A stretch of 64,000 bases of DNA from Candidatus Poseidoniales archaeon (GTDB taxonomy: Archaea; Thermoplasmatota; Poseidoniia; Poseidoniales; Thalassarchaeaceae). Shown piece by piece: positions 43,745 through 52,230 of this stretch (position 1 is its first letter; each line of letters starts with the position of its first letter). Location: NCBI GenBank assembly GCA_012959435.1, contig DUDF01000116.1, positions 5,366 through 69,365 of the forward strand, written 5' to 3'. A model generated the notes under the pieces. It was not told the DNA's origin. It saw only the letters and a list, made by a program, of their open reading frames with translations, and made no database searches. Both the position numbers and the translations under genes were made by a program.

Positions 43745-46264
43745 TTATCCCATTAGGGCGCGATGAACCTTAGACTGGATTTCACGCATCCGGTCATTTG
43801 CCCCTAGTTCTCTGAACACAGTGAGGGAACGCTGTAGGTATTCCATGCGCCTACTACGATCAGGAGCCGCTTCACCAAGGCGCGCTAATAATTCACCAAT
43901 CAACACCCTAAAATCATTTGATTCGGCCAACACGAGGGCGTCACGGTAACATTCCATCGCTTCATCACGACGCCCCGCATCCACCAACACCTCACCTAAT
44001 AACAAAGTGATTTCAACTTCCGCGTGATGGTCCCTCTCTTCAGAGAGTCCATCTAGGGCACCTATGTAATGGTGTAACGCTAATTCACGGTCACCGGTCT
44101 TGGAATAGTATCTCCCTAAAACTGCGCGTGCCCTCGCTTGATGAACTGAACTGCCACCTTCGCTAGTCTCATCGTAAGCCAAAAACGCATGCTCTTTGGC
44201 CCTGTCCTCCTCTCCCATCTCAAGGAAGGCTGATGCTAATTTAATCCGTGATTCCACCAATTCAGGGTCATCTTCAGATTCAAGAAGTTCTTCCACATTA
44301 GCGTAAACCTCCAAGGCTCTCTTGTCATTTTTCTGGCGGCGGTAGATGTAACCCATATTGTTGTAAGTTCTAGCCGCCCCTCTAGGGTCGTTTAGTTTAA
44401 TGAATGACTCTAATGCTTCTTTGTGCAATGCAAGTGCTTCGTCGGCCTCGCCAATTGTAACTGAAATATCTGCTAGACTAGACTTAATTCTTGCTCGAAT
44501 TAATTCCTCCTTTTTACTAGAACCAAGTATTTCAATTGCTTCATTATAATGAGATTTAGCATCTGACCAATTTCCTTGCATTGAAAGAATATTGGCTCTG
44601 AGTTCAAGGATTACTGGCCACGCCGAATCATCTACTGAATCTTTGTCAACAGAATCGAGGATGGGGAATAATTCCATGTGACCTGCTTGAACAAGGTCTG
44701 AGCCAATAGTAGCAAGTGCTTCACCTAACTCCTCAGAGTCCCCGGACTGAGATAAGTGGAAGAGAAATTCAATCTGTTCCTCGGGGCGTTCTCTGCGTGT
44801 ACGATACCAATCTACTGCCTTTGCATGTAATTGCACGTTTGTATCAGAATCTAGTGAGCGGGTCAAAAATTCACGAATCAAATCGTGAACATCATACATT
44901 TCTGAATCAGCCTGTCTAGCCAATCCCTTCTCAACTAAGTCATCGAGCAAGTCTGTTTCTAAATCATGGCCGCTTAATGCTTCCAAAGGCATTGGCTCCC
45001 TGAAAACTGCAAGGGCACCAAGCAATCGTTTTTCAGCACCTGAAAGTTTGCTGAAAATTTCCTGTTCAATATACATTTCCAAGGTCTCGTAAAAAGTGGT
45101 CCCAATAGAACCACGATTAATCAAATTTAGAACAAGCGGGTGACCTCTAGATAATCCGTAGATGTGCTGGTAAGTCACTTCATCAACTGGCTCTAGTGAT
45201 GGCAGTAAATTTCTACAAGCATCCCTATCCAAGCCATCTAAAGGCACCACTAATGTTGTGATTTTACCTTCTGCGTCACGCAATGGAACGACTGATTTGA
45301 ATGACCGCGAAAAGAGAATCAAACCAGTTTCATCCAAGTCATCCATACGCTGAGTTAATCCCCTAATGACTGCATACAAAATGTCATCTGCGACCTTGTG
45401 TAAATCATCAATGACGATAATAGTTGGGACATCAATAAGTGAGTCCACAATTAAATCAATTGACATTTGTGCTACAGGCACTGGAGTAGCAGCTAGATAG
45501 TCCGAAAGGGAATCATTACCAATAGCAGCCAACCATTCCCCGCAAGCCTCTAGGAATGCCCTTGAACCCTCCCAATCTTGTACCCGGTGGTATAGTAAAT
45601 TGCGCTTATGTGTGAAGGTCTCTATCAATTTACCAGCAAGAGCAGTTTTTCCAATCCCTGCAATCCCAGGAACTAGAATTGTTGTTGACCGCGCATCAAG
45701 GAGATCTACCATCGTTTTTACTTCTGTGTCACGCCCATAGAAACTGCGTAATCTAGGTAAATCCTCAAGAGATGTTACTAGTTGTTTCTCTACGTGTTTT
45801 GCCAAATCTCTTTTTATTAATTCAGGATTCAATGGGCGCAAATCAACAAGGCCGCTATCATCCATATAACGGATAATATCAACCGCCCTAATAGAAAACG
45901 GTGAACTTTCAACCGCCTTTGCTAATGTTGTGCTACTTGTGCTTCCTTCTTGGCCAATCAATCTCACAGGATAGTTGGACAATCTCTCCCAAGTCTCTTC
46001 TGCAACAATCATGCCCGAATCGGTTAGGAAGTAGGCTTTCCGCTTACGAGTCACTCCTGTGACGTGAGTCTGCCTCTCAACCAACAAACCTTGGTCTCTT
46101 AGTCCAGCAATTGCCCTAGGAACATTACTACGAGCTATTGCAACAGCATTTGCAATACCCATCTGAGAAAGAGCAAACGGAACTTCAACCTTGCTTGAAT
46201 AATCTCCAAAGTCACGTAGGTGTAACAGGATTCTTTCCTGAACACCTGGTTTAATGACTACCAA
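43745..46264 (-). CDS. wHTH - STAND/AAA-type NTPase - TPR regulator
   Basis: N-terminal winged-helix-like region (ERILLHLRDF...GIANAVAIARSNVPRAIAGLRDQGLLVERQ). Walker A VPGIAGIGKTALAG and Walker B TIIVIDDLHKV. C-terminal TPR-like repeats (ARTYNNMGYIYRRQKNDKRALEVY, AVLGRYYSKTGDRELALHHY). The TTG start is preceded by AGGAGAGGA 5 nt upstream. Confidence 0.8.
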   Translation of the reverse strand: MVVIKPGVQERILLHLRDFGDYSSKVEVPFALSQMGIANAVAIARSNVPRAIAGLRDQGLLVERQTHVTGVTRKRKAYFLTDSGMIVAEETWERLSNYPVRLIGQEGSTSSTTLAKAVESSPFSIRAVDIIRYMDDSGLVDLRPLNPELIKRDLAKHVEKQLVTSLEDLPRLRSFYGRDTEVKTMVDLLDARSTTILVPGIAGIGKTALAGKLIETFTHKRNLLYHRVQDWEGSRAFLEACGEWLAAIGNDSLSDYLAATPVPVAQMSIDLIVDSLIDVPTIIVIDDLHKVADDILYAVIRGLTQRMDDLDETGLILFSRSFKSVVPLRDAEGKITTLVVPLDGLDRDACRNLLPSLEPVDEVTYQHIYGLSRGHPLVLNLINRGSIGTTFYETLEMYIEQEIFSKLSGAEKRLLGALAVFREPMPLEALSGHDLETDLLDDLVEKGLARQADSEMYDVHDLIREFLTRSLDSDTNVQLHAKAVDWYRTRRERPEEQIEFLFHLSQSGDSEELGEALATIGSDLVQAGHMELFPILDSVDKDSVDDSAWPVILELRANILSMQGNWSDAKSHYNEAIEILGSSKKEELIRARIKSSLADISVTIGEADEALALHKEALESFIKLNDPRGAARTYNNMGYIYRRQKNDKRALEVYANVEELLESEDDPELVESRIKLASAFLEMGEEDRAKEHAFLAYDETSEGGSSVHQARARAVLGRYYSKTGDRELALHHYIGALDGLSEERDHHAEVEITLLLGEVLVDAGRRDEAMECYRDALVLAESNDFRVLIGELLARLGEAAPDRSRRMEYLQRSLTVFRELGANDRMREIQSKVHRALMG

Positions 46265-46333
46265 AACAATCCTCTCCTAATGGAATAGATACCTGCTACC
46301 ATTCAATAGTTTCGCCTCAGATAGAATTACCTT

Positions 46334-49300
46334 TCACTGTTCAGGTATCCACTGGTTAGTCTCTGGGTCCCACTTCCAACCAGGGTAAGTGGGCTGTGGT
46401 TCAGCAACTGGTTGGGCTGGTGCAGCCACTTGGGCCTGCGCCTCTTCCTGGTTCGCCTTACCCCAAGCATATGGGTCCTCTTCAACTACTTCGTGCGCCT
46501 CAATATCTCCAATTTCCGGCTCATCTTCAAATTCCACGAAGAAGAACATGAATACGGCCCCAAGTCCGGCTAAGACAACTATGGCCAAGACTGCCCAAAG
46601 AACCCAACCTAATGCGCTCTCTTGCGCAGAAGCACCGACTTGTACTGAAAGGGAATCACCAGTAAAATCGCCGCCGTATTCAAATTTTACCTCATTCACT
46701 CCAGACTCTAACTTATTGCTTTGCACACTCATCATCCAAGTACCATCATCACCAACAATGGTATTGTTTAGACGAAGCCCTGTATTTGAGGAACGAGCGA
46801 CCACTTCAACACCTGGACGACCATGTCCTGTGAAGATAGCCGTATCACCAGCAGCAATCTCAGGAATCCCATCAATTCGTTCAACATCAAAAGAAACAGC
46901 CCGTACAATGAAGTCAATATTCATGGTACGAGCATTTGATGAGCCATCCTTTGCAATGAATTGCATTCCTTCACATGACCACAAATCAATATCAGTTGTA
47001 TGGAAAGACATCCCCACTGGGTCATATGTCACTTTACCATAAATATCAATGGAAATTAAATCAGCGCATAATTCATCATGCTGTAAATCACTGTTTGCAA
47101 TTATTTCAGGATCATCAAAGACATCGTAATCCAGTTGGTCACCATCTTCATCAGAGAAAAATGGTGGCAGTACTATACTTCCACCATTCCCACATCTGTC
47201 AAGAGCTTGACTTCCATCTTCACAGAAGATGATCACTTCCCCAACCCAACCTGTTGAGTTGAAAAGTGGTGCACGGTTATTTGCATCTAATGGATTATGA
47301 ATAATCACTTCAACCTCTTTCCATTCACTATATGAATGGCCATCGAACGAACGAGCGCTGATGAGATAGTGGAAATCATGGATCATGTTGCTAGTATCCC
47401 AAGTTGTACTCCAGAGACCATTAGATTCTATCACAGTCACGTAAGGAGGAGCATTCGGTAATTCACGTAGGGCATCTTGAGGGTCCCGGATACGAATTTC
47501 TACTCGACTTACTGCGCCATCTGTATCTCTGGCTATTCCTGAAATAACAGTGTCATGGCTTGCTGAAATTACTTCATCTTCATATGGTGAAAGTAACGAG
47601 AGAACAGGTGCAGCGTTGCTATTGTCAATATCAAGTTCTAGTGTTACAGTATCACAAGTGTCAATGTCTTCAAGACAATAACCAGAATCAGACGCCCAAA
47701 TTACGAAAGTCCATGTTTCACGAATGCTTGGCATTACTGAAAAGTCCCATTCCCACGACCACTCTGAAAGTGCACCAATTGGGTTACCCTCTGAGTCGAG
47801 TGGACGAACTATACTAGTGGTCGTAGTTATCCAAGTAGGGCTTGACATACGGAAATGAATCTCTTGAATATCACTTCCAAGTGCTCCATTGTAAGCATCA
47901 CTTGCACTACCAGAAAAGACCACTTTCCCAGAATTATGCATAGAACCATTGACTGGGGATGCAACGTTAATTGTTGGTGGGTTTGTGTTTAATTTGATGG
48001 TTTTTGTTACGATTGGGCTGTAATCCACCCCATCATAAGCCCTGAAATCAAAGGTATAATCACCTTCAGGTTGGTCAGCCATGTCATACTCAAAGTGCCA
48101 GTTTTTGAATGGCCTATTATTACGAGTTACTTCGCCGTTTGAACCACTATCATCAACAGCATAACGAACATCAACCCATGAACTTGAATCAGGTGTCTTG
48201 ACTTCAATTCTCTGAACTGTACCTTGCTGCTCCCATTGAGCTTGCTGAGCAGTTCCAAATACGCCAGTCCCAATATTCCCATCCCAAGCATACCCTGTGA
48301 AATTGACGTTACGAATGAACGAGTGCCCATCACTTTGGGTAACAACAACTGTTGGATTTAGATTAGTCATTGCAAGAGTATCCTCATAAGTTCCTGTAAG
48401 ATTAAATGATGACTTATGGTATCCTTTACCAAATTTGTAAGCTGTTACGAAGTATTTTGACAATTCTCTCGTACCTGCGCCAGCATTGCAATCAGGGTCA
48501 TCCAAATCGTATAATAAATCTCCATCGTTATCGATTCCGTCAGCACAAGAATCTTCGCCAACATCATCAGCAAATCCATCTGGATTATTCCCATTTCCTC
48601 TTATATCAAGATGGAAATCAGATGGTAATGCAACCCAAGGAGCAAATCCTTGTGTGTCTGTTTGCAGATTGTAAAGATCATTCCCATGAGCATCCTCTAG
48701 CAGAATTGTTGCACCTGGTACCCTTACACCGCCAACAGTAGCCCTGATACGAACTAAAGCTGCTTCACGAACTTGAACCGCCCATGGAGTTGGAAGAGCG
48801 CCAATTTCTATCTTGTTAAGGGATAATCCAGACATGTTTGCATAGGTAAAAACAGTAGAATTGTTTACCGCTTGTAACGATAATGGGAAATTCACAGGAG
48901 GAATTGATGCAGTAGGTGGAAGAATCACCTGATTGTCCCAATTATTGAACTGGAAAGCCTCTCCACGATCCCACACTAACTGAATAGGCCAATCTCCACC
49001 AGTAACTGTGGGTATTGTCTCTGACTGAACCGTCACAGAACTCTTGGTGATGTTGTAAACAATATCTGAAACACCGAGCCATTGATTCCCTGAGAAGAAC
49101 GCCAATGAAGCGTATGTATGCTCATGGTCAACAATTTTTGCACCTTCTCCACCGACAGTGAATTCATTGTCTTGTACATCTAGAAGTGAGCCAATTGCAC
49201 GGATTGCATCACCTGCAACTCCTGTCACAATATTTCTCTTGATAGATGCGCTAGCTCGGAAAACGTGGAAAGCAGGGCAGGGAAAATCTTCTTCGTCCCA

Positions 49301-50695
49301 AACAGTATCTGAGGAACATGTACCTGATACATTGTTGAAGACATTGTCATTGATAGTAGCCCTAGCAGGAGCAGGTCCACTGACTGACCAACCAGAATCT
49401 TGAAAGTGGTATTCACCAACAACTATTGGCTCCCGATTAATTTCTAGGAATGTATTATTGTCAATTTCCATGTCAAAGTAACCAACACCCCAAATTCCGT
49501 TGTATCCAGTAATGGGTCCAATAACGTTGTTCGTAAATCGAACCTGAGTAACGACACCTGCAGCACCAGAAGATGAAACCACTTGGATCCCTGAACCTTC
49601 TGCTGCACCACTCATCACATTTCCTTCAACATGAGCATATGCAGCATCGTAAACAGTTAATGGGGAATTGTCGCCTGTTATGATTGAGTTACTAATGACA
49701 TTCACTTTGTAGTCTGTGTTTGAGATAGACCTACGACCATTAAGATCAATTCCCGTACAATCTGTTGCTATTGTATTTCCACTAATAGTACCTGCTGAAT
49801 CAGTATATCTGTATCCATAATCGCCACTTGCTACGACCCCATGGTCAATGTTAGTGAATGACTTCTGAGCCCAAAGGACGTGACGTCCGTTGTCCTCGGA
49901 AGAACAACCGTTCTCAGTACCGGTAAAAACGGGACTTAGGAAACGCACTGGGCCACTCGGGCTTCCAGCACCATATGTTTGCACTGCATTCCCAGCTAGG
50001 CTAGAAATTACTTCATCTGAACCTACTTCAAAAGAGCCACCATTGAATGTTGGTGCTGCTAAATCAAGAACTAGAACGCTAGAAGTATTGATGCTGGTAA
50101 ATTCCATCTCAGTAAGAGTTGGACTTGCACCATCGAGAATAAATGCAGCCCAACGAATCTCCCCCAAATCAGCAACATATCGAGGCATACCATACGCATT
50201 CTCAACTGTAACGTGATTGAAACTGGTTTGAGCAATATCAACTGTGTCGCGCACTAGCACACCTTCAAAGCAAGAAGGGTCGGCATTCCACAGTGGCTGA
50301 CCACTTGATGGATTTATCATTTTGTAACAACGACCTGTCGCTGATTCGTTGGCAGGGTTACCCCATCTGAGGGTAATTCTGCTTGCATTACTGCCCATTC
50401 CATTTGCCCCACAAGAGGTATCTGCAGCACACAGGTTACCTTTCACATCCAAGTATGTACCATTGAGAAATGTTACTGTTGTCCCAGGCTGAATAATCAA
50501 TTTTGCACCCGGTGCAATCTCAACATCACCTGTCAGAGTGTGTCCACCCTGCCAAATTTCAGTTCCTGTAATCGTACCACTTGTAGTTTCATTACTTGCA
50601 ACTACAGTGGGTGTCAAAGTGACTAATGCAGTCATCGAACTAATCACAAATAAAGCGACTAGAAGAAGACTTGTGGTTCGGTTATTCGTTTCCAT
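46334..50695 (-). CDS. Giant (1453 aa) anchored surface protein with right-handed beta-helix (PbH1-like) repeats and Ig-like modules
   Basis: Signal peptide TTSLLLVALFVISSMTALVTL. Beta-helix rungs such as NVISNSIITGDNSPLTVYDAAYAHVEGNVMSGAAEGSGIQV and FTNNVIGPITGYNGIWG. Cys-flanked acidic module CADGIDNDGDLLYDLDDPDC. TM WVLWAVLAIVVLAGLGAVFMFFFV is followed by a ~67-aa acidic tail. Confidence 0.8.
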   Translation of the reverse strand: METNNRTTSLLLVALFVISSMTALVTLTPTVVASNETTSGTITGTEIWQGGHTLTGDVEIAPGAKLIIQPGTTVTFLNGTYLDVKGNLCAADTSCGANGMGSNASRITLRWGNPANESATGRCYKMINPSSGQPLWNADPSCFEGVLVRDTVDIAQTSFNHVTVENAYGMPRYVADLGEIRWAAFILDGASPTLTEMEFTSINTSSVLVLDLAAPTFNGGSFEVGSDEVISSLAGNAVQTYGAGSPSGPVRFLSPVFTGTENGCSSEDNGRHVLWAQKSFTNIDHGVVASGDYGYRYTDSAGTISGNTIATDCTGIDLNGRRSISNTDYKVNVISNSIITGDNSPLTVYDAAYAHVEGNVMSGAAEGSGIQVVSSSGAAGVVTQVRFTNNVIGPITGYNGIWGVGYFDMEIDNNTFLEINREPIVVGEYHFQDSGWSVSGPAPARATINDNVFNNVSGTCSSDTVWDEEDFPCPAFHVFRASASIKRNIVTGVAGDAIRAIGSLLDVQDNEFTVGGEGAKIVDHEHTYASLAFFSGNQWLGVSDIVYNITKSSVTVQSETIPTVTGGDWPIQLVWDRGEAFQFNNWDNQVILPPTASIPPVNFPLSLQAVNNSTVFTYANMSGLSLNKIEIGALPTPWAVQVREAALVRIRATVGGVRVPGATILLEDAHGNDLYNLQTDTQGFAPWVALPSDFHLDIRGNGNNPDGFADDVGEDSCADGIDNDGDLLYDLDDPDCNAGAGTRELSKYFVTAYKFGKGYHKSSFNLTGTYEDTLAMTNLNPTVVVTQSDGHSFIRNVNFTGYAWDGNIGTGVFGTAQQAQWEQQGTVQRIEVKTPDSSSWVDVRYAVDDSGSNGEVTRNNRPFKNWHFEYDMADQPEGDYTFDFRAYDGVDYSPIVTKTIKLNTNPPTINVASPVNGSMHNSGKVVFSGSASDAYNGALGSDIQEIHFRMSSPTWITTTTSIVRPLDSEGNPIGALSEWSWEWDFSVMPSIRETWTFVIWASDSGYCLEDIDTCDTVTLELDIDNSNAAPVLSLLSPYEDEVISASHDTVISGIARDTDGAVSRVEIRIRDPQDALRELPNAPPYVTVIESNGLWSTTWDTSNMIHDFHYLISARSFDGHSYSEWKEVEVIIHNPLDANNRAPLFNSTGWVGEVIIFCEDGSQALDRCGNGGSIVLPPFFSDEDGDQLDYDVFDDPEIIANSDLQHDELCADLISIDIYGKVTYDPVGMSFHTTDIDLWSCEGMQFIAKDGSSNARTMNIDFIVRAVSFDVERIDGIPEIAAGDTAIFTGHGRPGVEVVARSSNTGLRLNNTIVGDDGTWMMSVQSNKLESGVNEVKFEYGGDFTGDSLSVQVGASAQESALGWVLWAVLAIVVLAGLGAVFMFFFVEFEDEPEIGDIEAHEVVEEDPYAWGKANQEEAQAQVAAPAQPVAEPQPTYPGWKWDPETNQWIPEQ

Positions 50696-50735
50696 GACAT
50701 CAAATCCTTGTTAAACAGCCGAGAACGCTGCCTAG

Positions 50736-50764
50736 TTATAAAAAAACGCCTTGCTGCAATTGCA
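50736..50764 (-). promoter_or_regulatory. TATA-like T7-ATAA element with an adjacent 10-bp palindrome TGCAATTGCA upstream of the beta-helix gene
   Basis: The minus strand reads tTGCAATTGCAgcaaggcgTTTTTTTATAAc, ending ~40 nt before the ATG at 50695. It could equally serve as the terminator T-tract for the upstream protease gene. Confidence 0.25.
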
Positions 50765-50879
50765 AAAATATCAAAGTAGCGCCATAAGTATCATCGTAAA
50801 TGAGGTGCCCTTCGGCCTATTTGTATCATTTGATTGCTAAAGTATCAACAAATAAGGTGGTTTTAGAGCCACATTATTC

Positions 50880-52130
50880 TCAAAGTCTTGCTCCAACAGC
50901 ATCTGACCAACTATCAGCATTGAGAGAGCCATACCCGTATCTCAGATGGTGCTCACCTTGTACTTGGAAAACCCCTGGTTCAGACGAATCGGCGAGTGCG
51001 GACTTCACTAATTGGATAGGTGAACGGTCTCCTTGGTGAGTGTGACTAAGTCCCGGGTTGCCATTGTATCTCTCAAGTATCAACGCAAGAGCACCGGTGA
51101 CAAACACTGTAGAATCACTGGTACCATCACTTCTTGACCATGTAGTCCCAGTTCTTTCTGAAACAAAAGTTGAGTGGATCTCAACCCCGGGGGCAACTAC
51201 TTCTGGTTTCTGATTTGGCCAAATTCTAGATTCGCCTGATGCATTGGTTGGCGAGCCTGAACTTGAAAATTGCCAAAGTGAATTATTGCGGTGGACTGCT
51301 CCGACTGCAATAACTCCATCAACATTAGCTGGTACTGTGACATCAGGATAATCTTGACCAGCGCCGCCGTGATTTCCAGCAGCAGCCACAACAAATATCC
51401 CATTATCGAGTGCATCGCTAACCGCGCCTTCTGTCCTACCACCAAATGTAGAAACTAAATCCGGTTTCCCACCAAGACTCAAACTAATGATATCCGCATC
51501 CTTTTTGGTCCAACACCATTCAATCGCATCAGCAACAGCAACCTCTGAGCCTGAACCACCATCTGCGCCAAGTGCTGCTGCAACAATTAATTGTACATTT
51601 GGAGCAGCGCCAATGAATGAGCCGTTAGCAACAAGAATACCGGCCATCATTGTCCCATGAGATTGTGTCAAATCATTGTCATGAGGGTTATCGGTCCCAT
51701 GAATAAAATCTCTGAAACCAACAAGATTAACCCCTACCAAATCAGGATGTGTCATATCTATTCCTGTGTCAACAATGCAAACACGTACTCCTTTACCACT
51801 ATATCCATCAGCATTCAAGGTGCGTATTCCTGCATTCTCATAAGCCCATTCTGATTCAGGGATGAACTCATCGAGGTAACCAATTATTGAACTATAACTA
51901 ATCACCAATGCCACAATTAATCCAACTAACATCCATAACCCCCAAGGGAGGTTCAGAGGTCGTTTCCTAGGTTTAACCGCATCCGCATCCTTCCATGCCT
52001 GGGGGTCCATTTCAGTAGGCATACCATATGCCTCCGCTGGGTATCCAGATGCACCCGGATCAATTGTGGAAAGCATCCGCGGGTCCTCTGGTTCTGGCAG
52101 AAATTCAACACCCTCCAAACCCGGTATCAC
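50880..52130 (-). CDS. Membrane-tethered subtilisin-like serine protease (S8)
   Basis: A ~55-aa cytoplasmic leader, then TM WGLWMLVGLIVALVISYSSIIGYL. S8 motifs follow: VCIVDTGIDMTHPDL (Asp), SHGTMMAGIL (His), VAAAGNHGG (Asn), DGTSDSTVFVTGALALIL (Ser). The GTG start is preceded by AGGTGA; an alternative ATG lies at 52076. Confidence 0.8.
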   Translation of the reverse strand: MIPGLEGVEFLPEPEDPRMLSTIDPGASGYPAEAYGMPTEMDPQAWKDADAVKPRKRPLNLPWGLWMLVGLIVALVISYSSIIGYLDEFIPESEWAYENAGIRTLNADGYSGKGVRVCIVDTGIDMTHPDLVGVNLVGFRDFIHGTDNPHDNDLTQSHGTMMAGILVANGSFIGAAPNVQLIVAAALGADGGSGSEVAVADAIEWCWTKKDADIISLSLGGKPDLVSTFGGRTEGAVSDALDNGIFVVAAAGNHGGAGQDYPDVTVPANVDGVIAVGAVHRNNSLWQFSSSGSPTNASGESRIWPNQKPEVVAPGVEIHSTFVSERTGTTWSRSDGTSDSTVFVTGALALILERYNGNPGLSHTHQGDRSPIQLVKSALADSSEPGVFQVQGEHHLRYGYGSLNADSWSDAVGARL

Positions 52131-52230
52131 AGTCTCACCTAATATCCGGTAAAGGCGATGCTAAATGCACTCTTCGGCGTTTGGTCCCGAACCATCCTAG
52201 TTTTGTAACCAAGGATAACTTTGTATTCCA

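Noticed and set aside
43745-46264. The STAND NTPase considered as an antiviral Avs/NLR-like defence gene
   Set aside because: The N-terminal domain looks like a DNA-binding winged helix rather than a nuclease, protease or other effector domain. No other defence genes flank it. A transcriptional-switch role is more parsimonious, though it was not tested.
46389-47042. A 217-aa plus-strand ORF, plus many 60-130-aa ORFs antisense to the giant genes (e.g. 28587..28991, 30235..30624, 35288..35641, 56894..57379, 59231..59644)
   Set aside because: They are embedded in much longer opposite-strand ORFs with clear domain content. Their products are Ser/Pro/Thr-rich or otherwise low in complexity, as is typical of antisense frames. 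None has start-site support.
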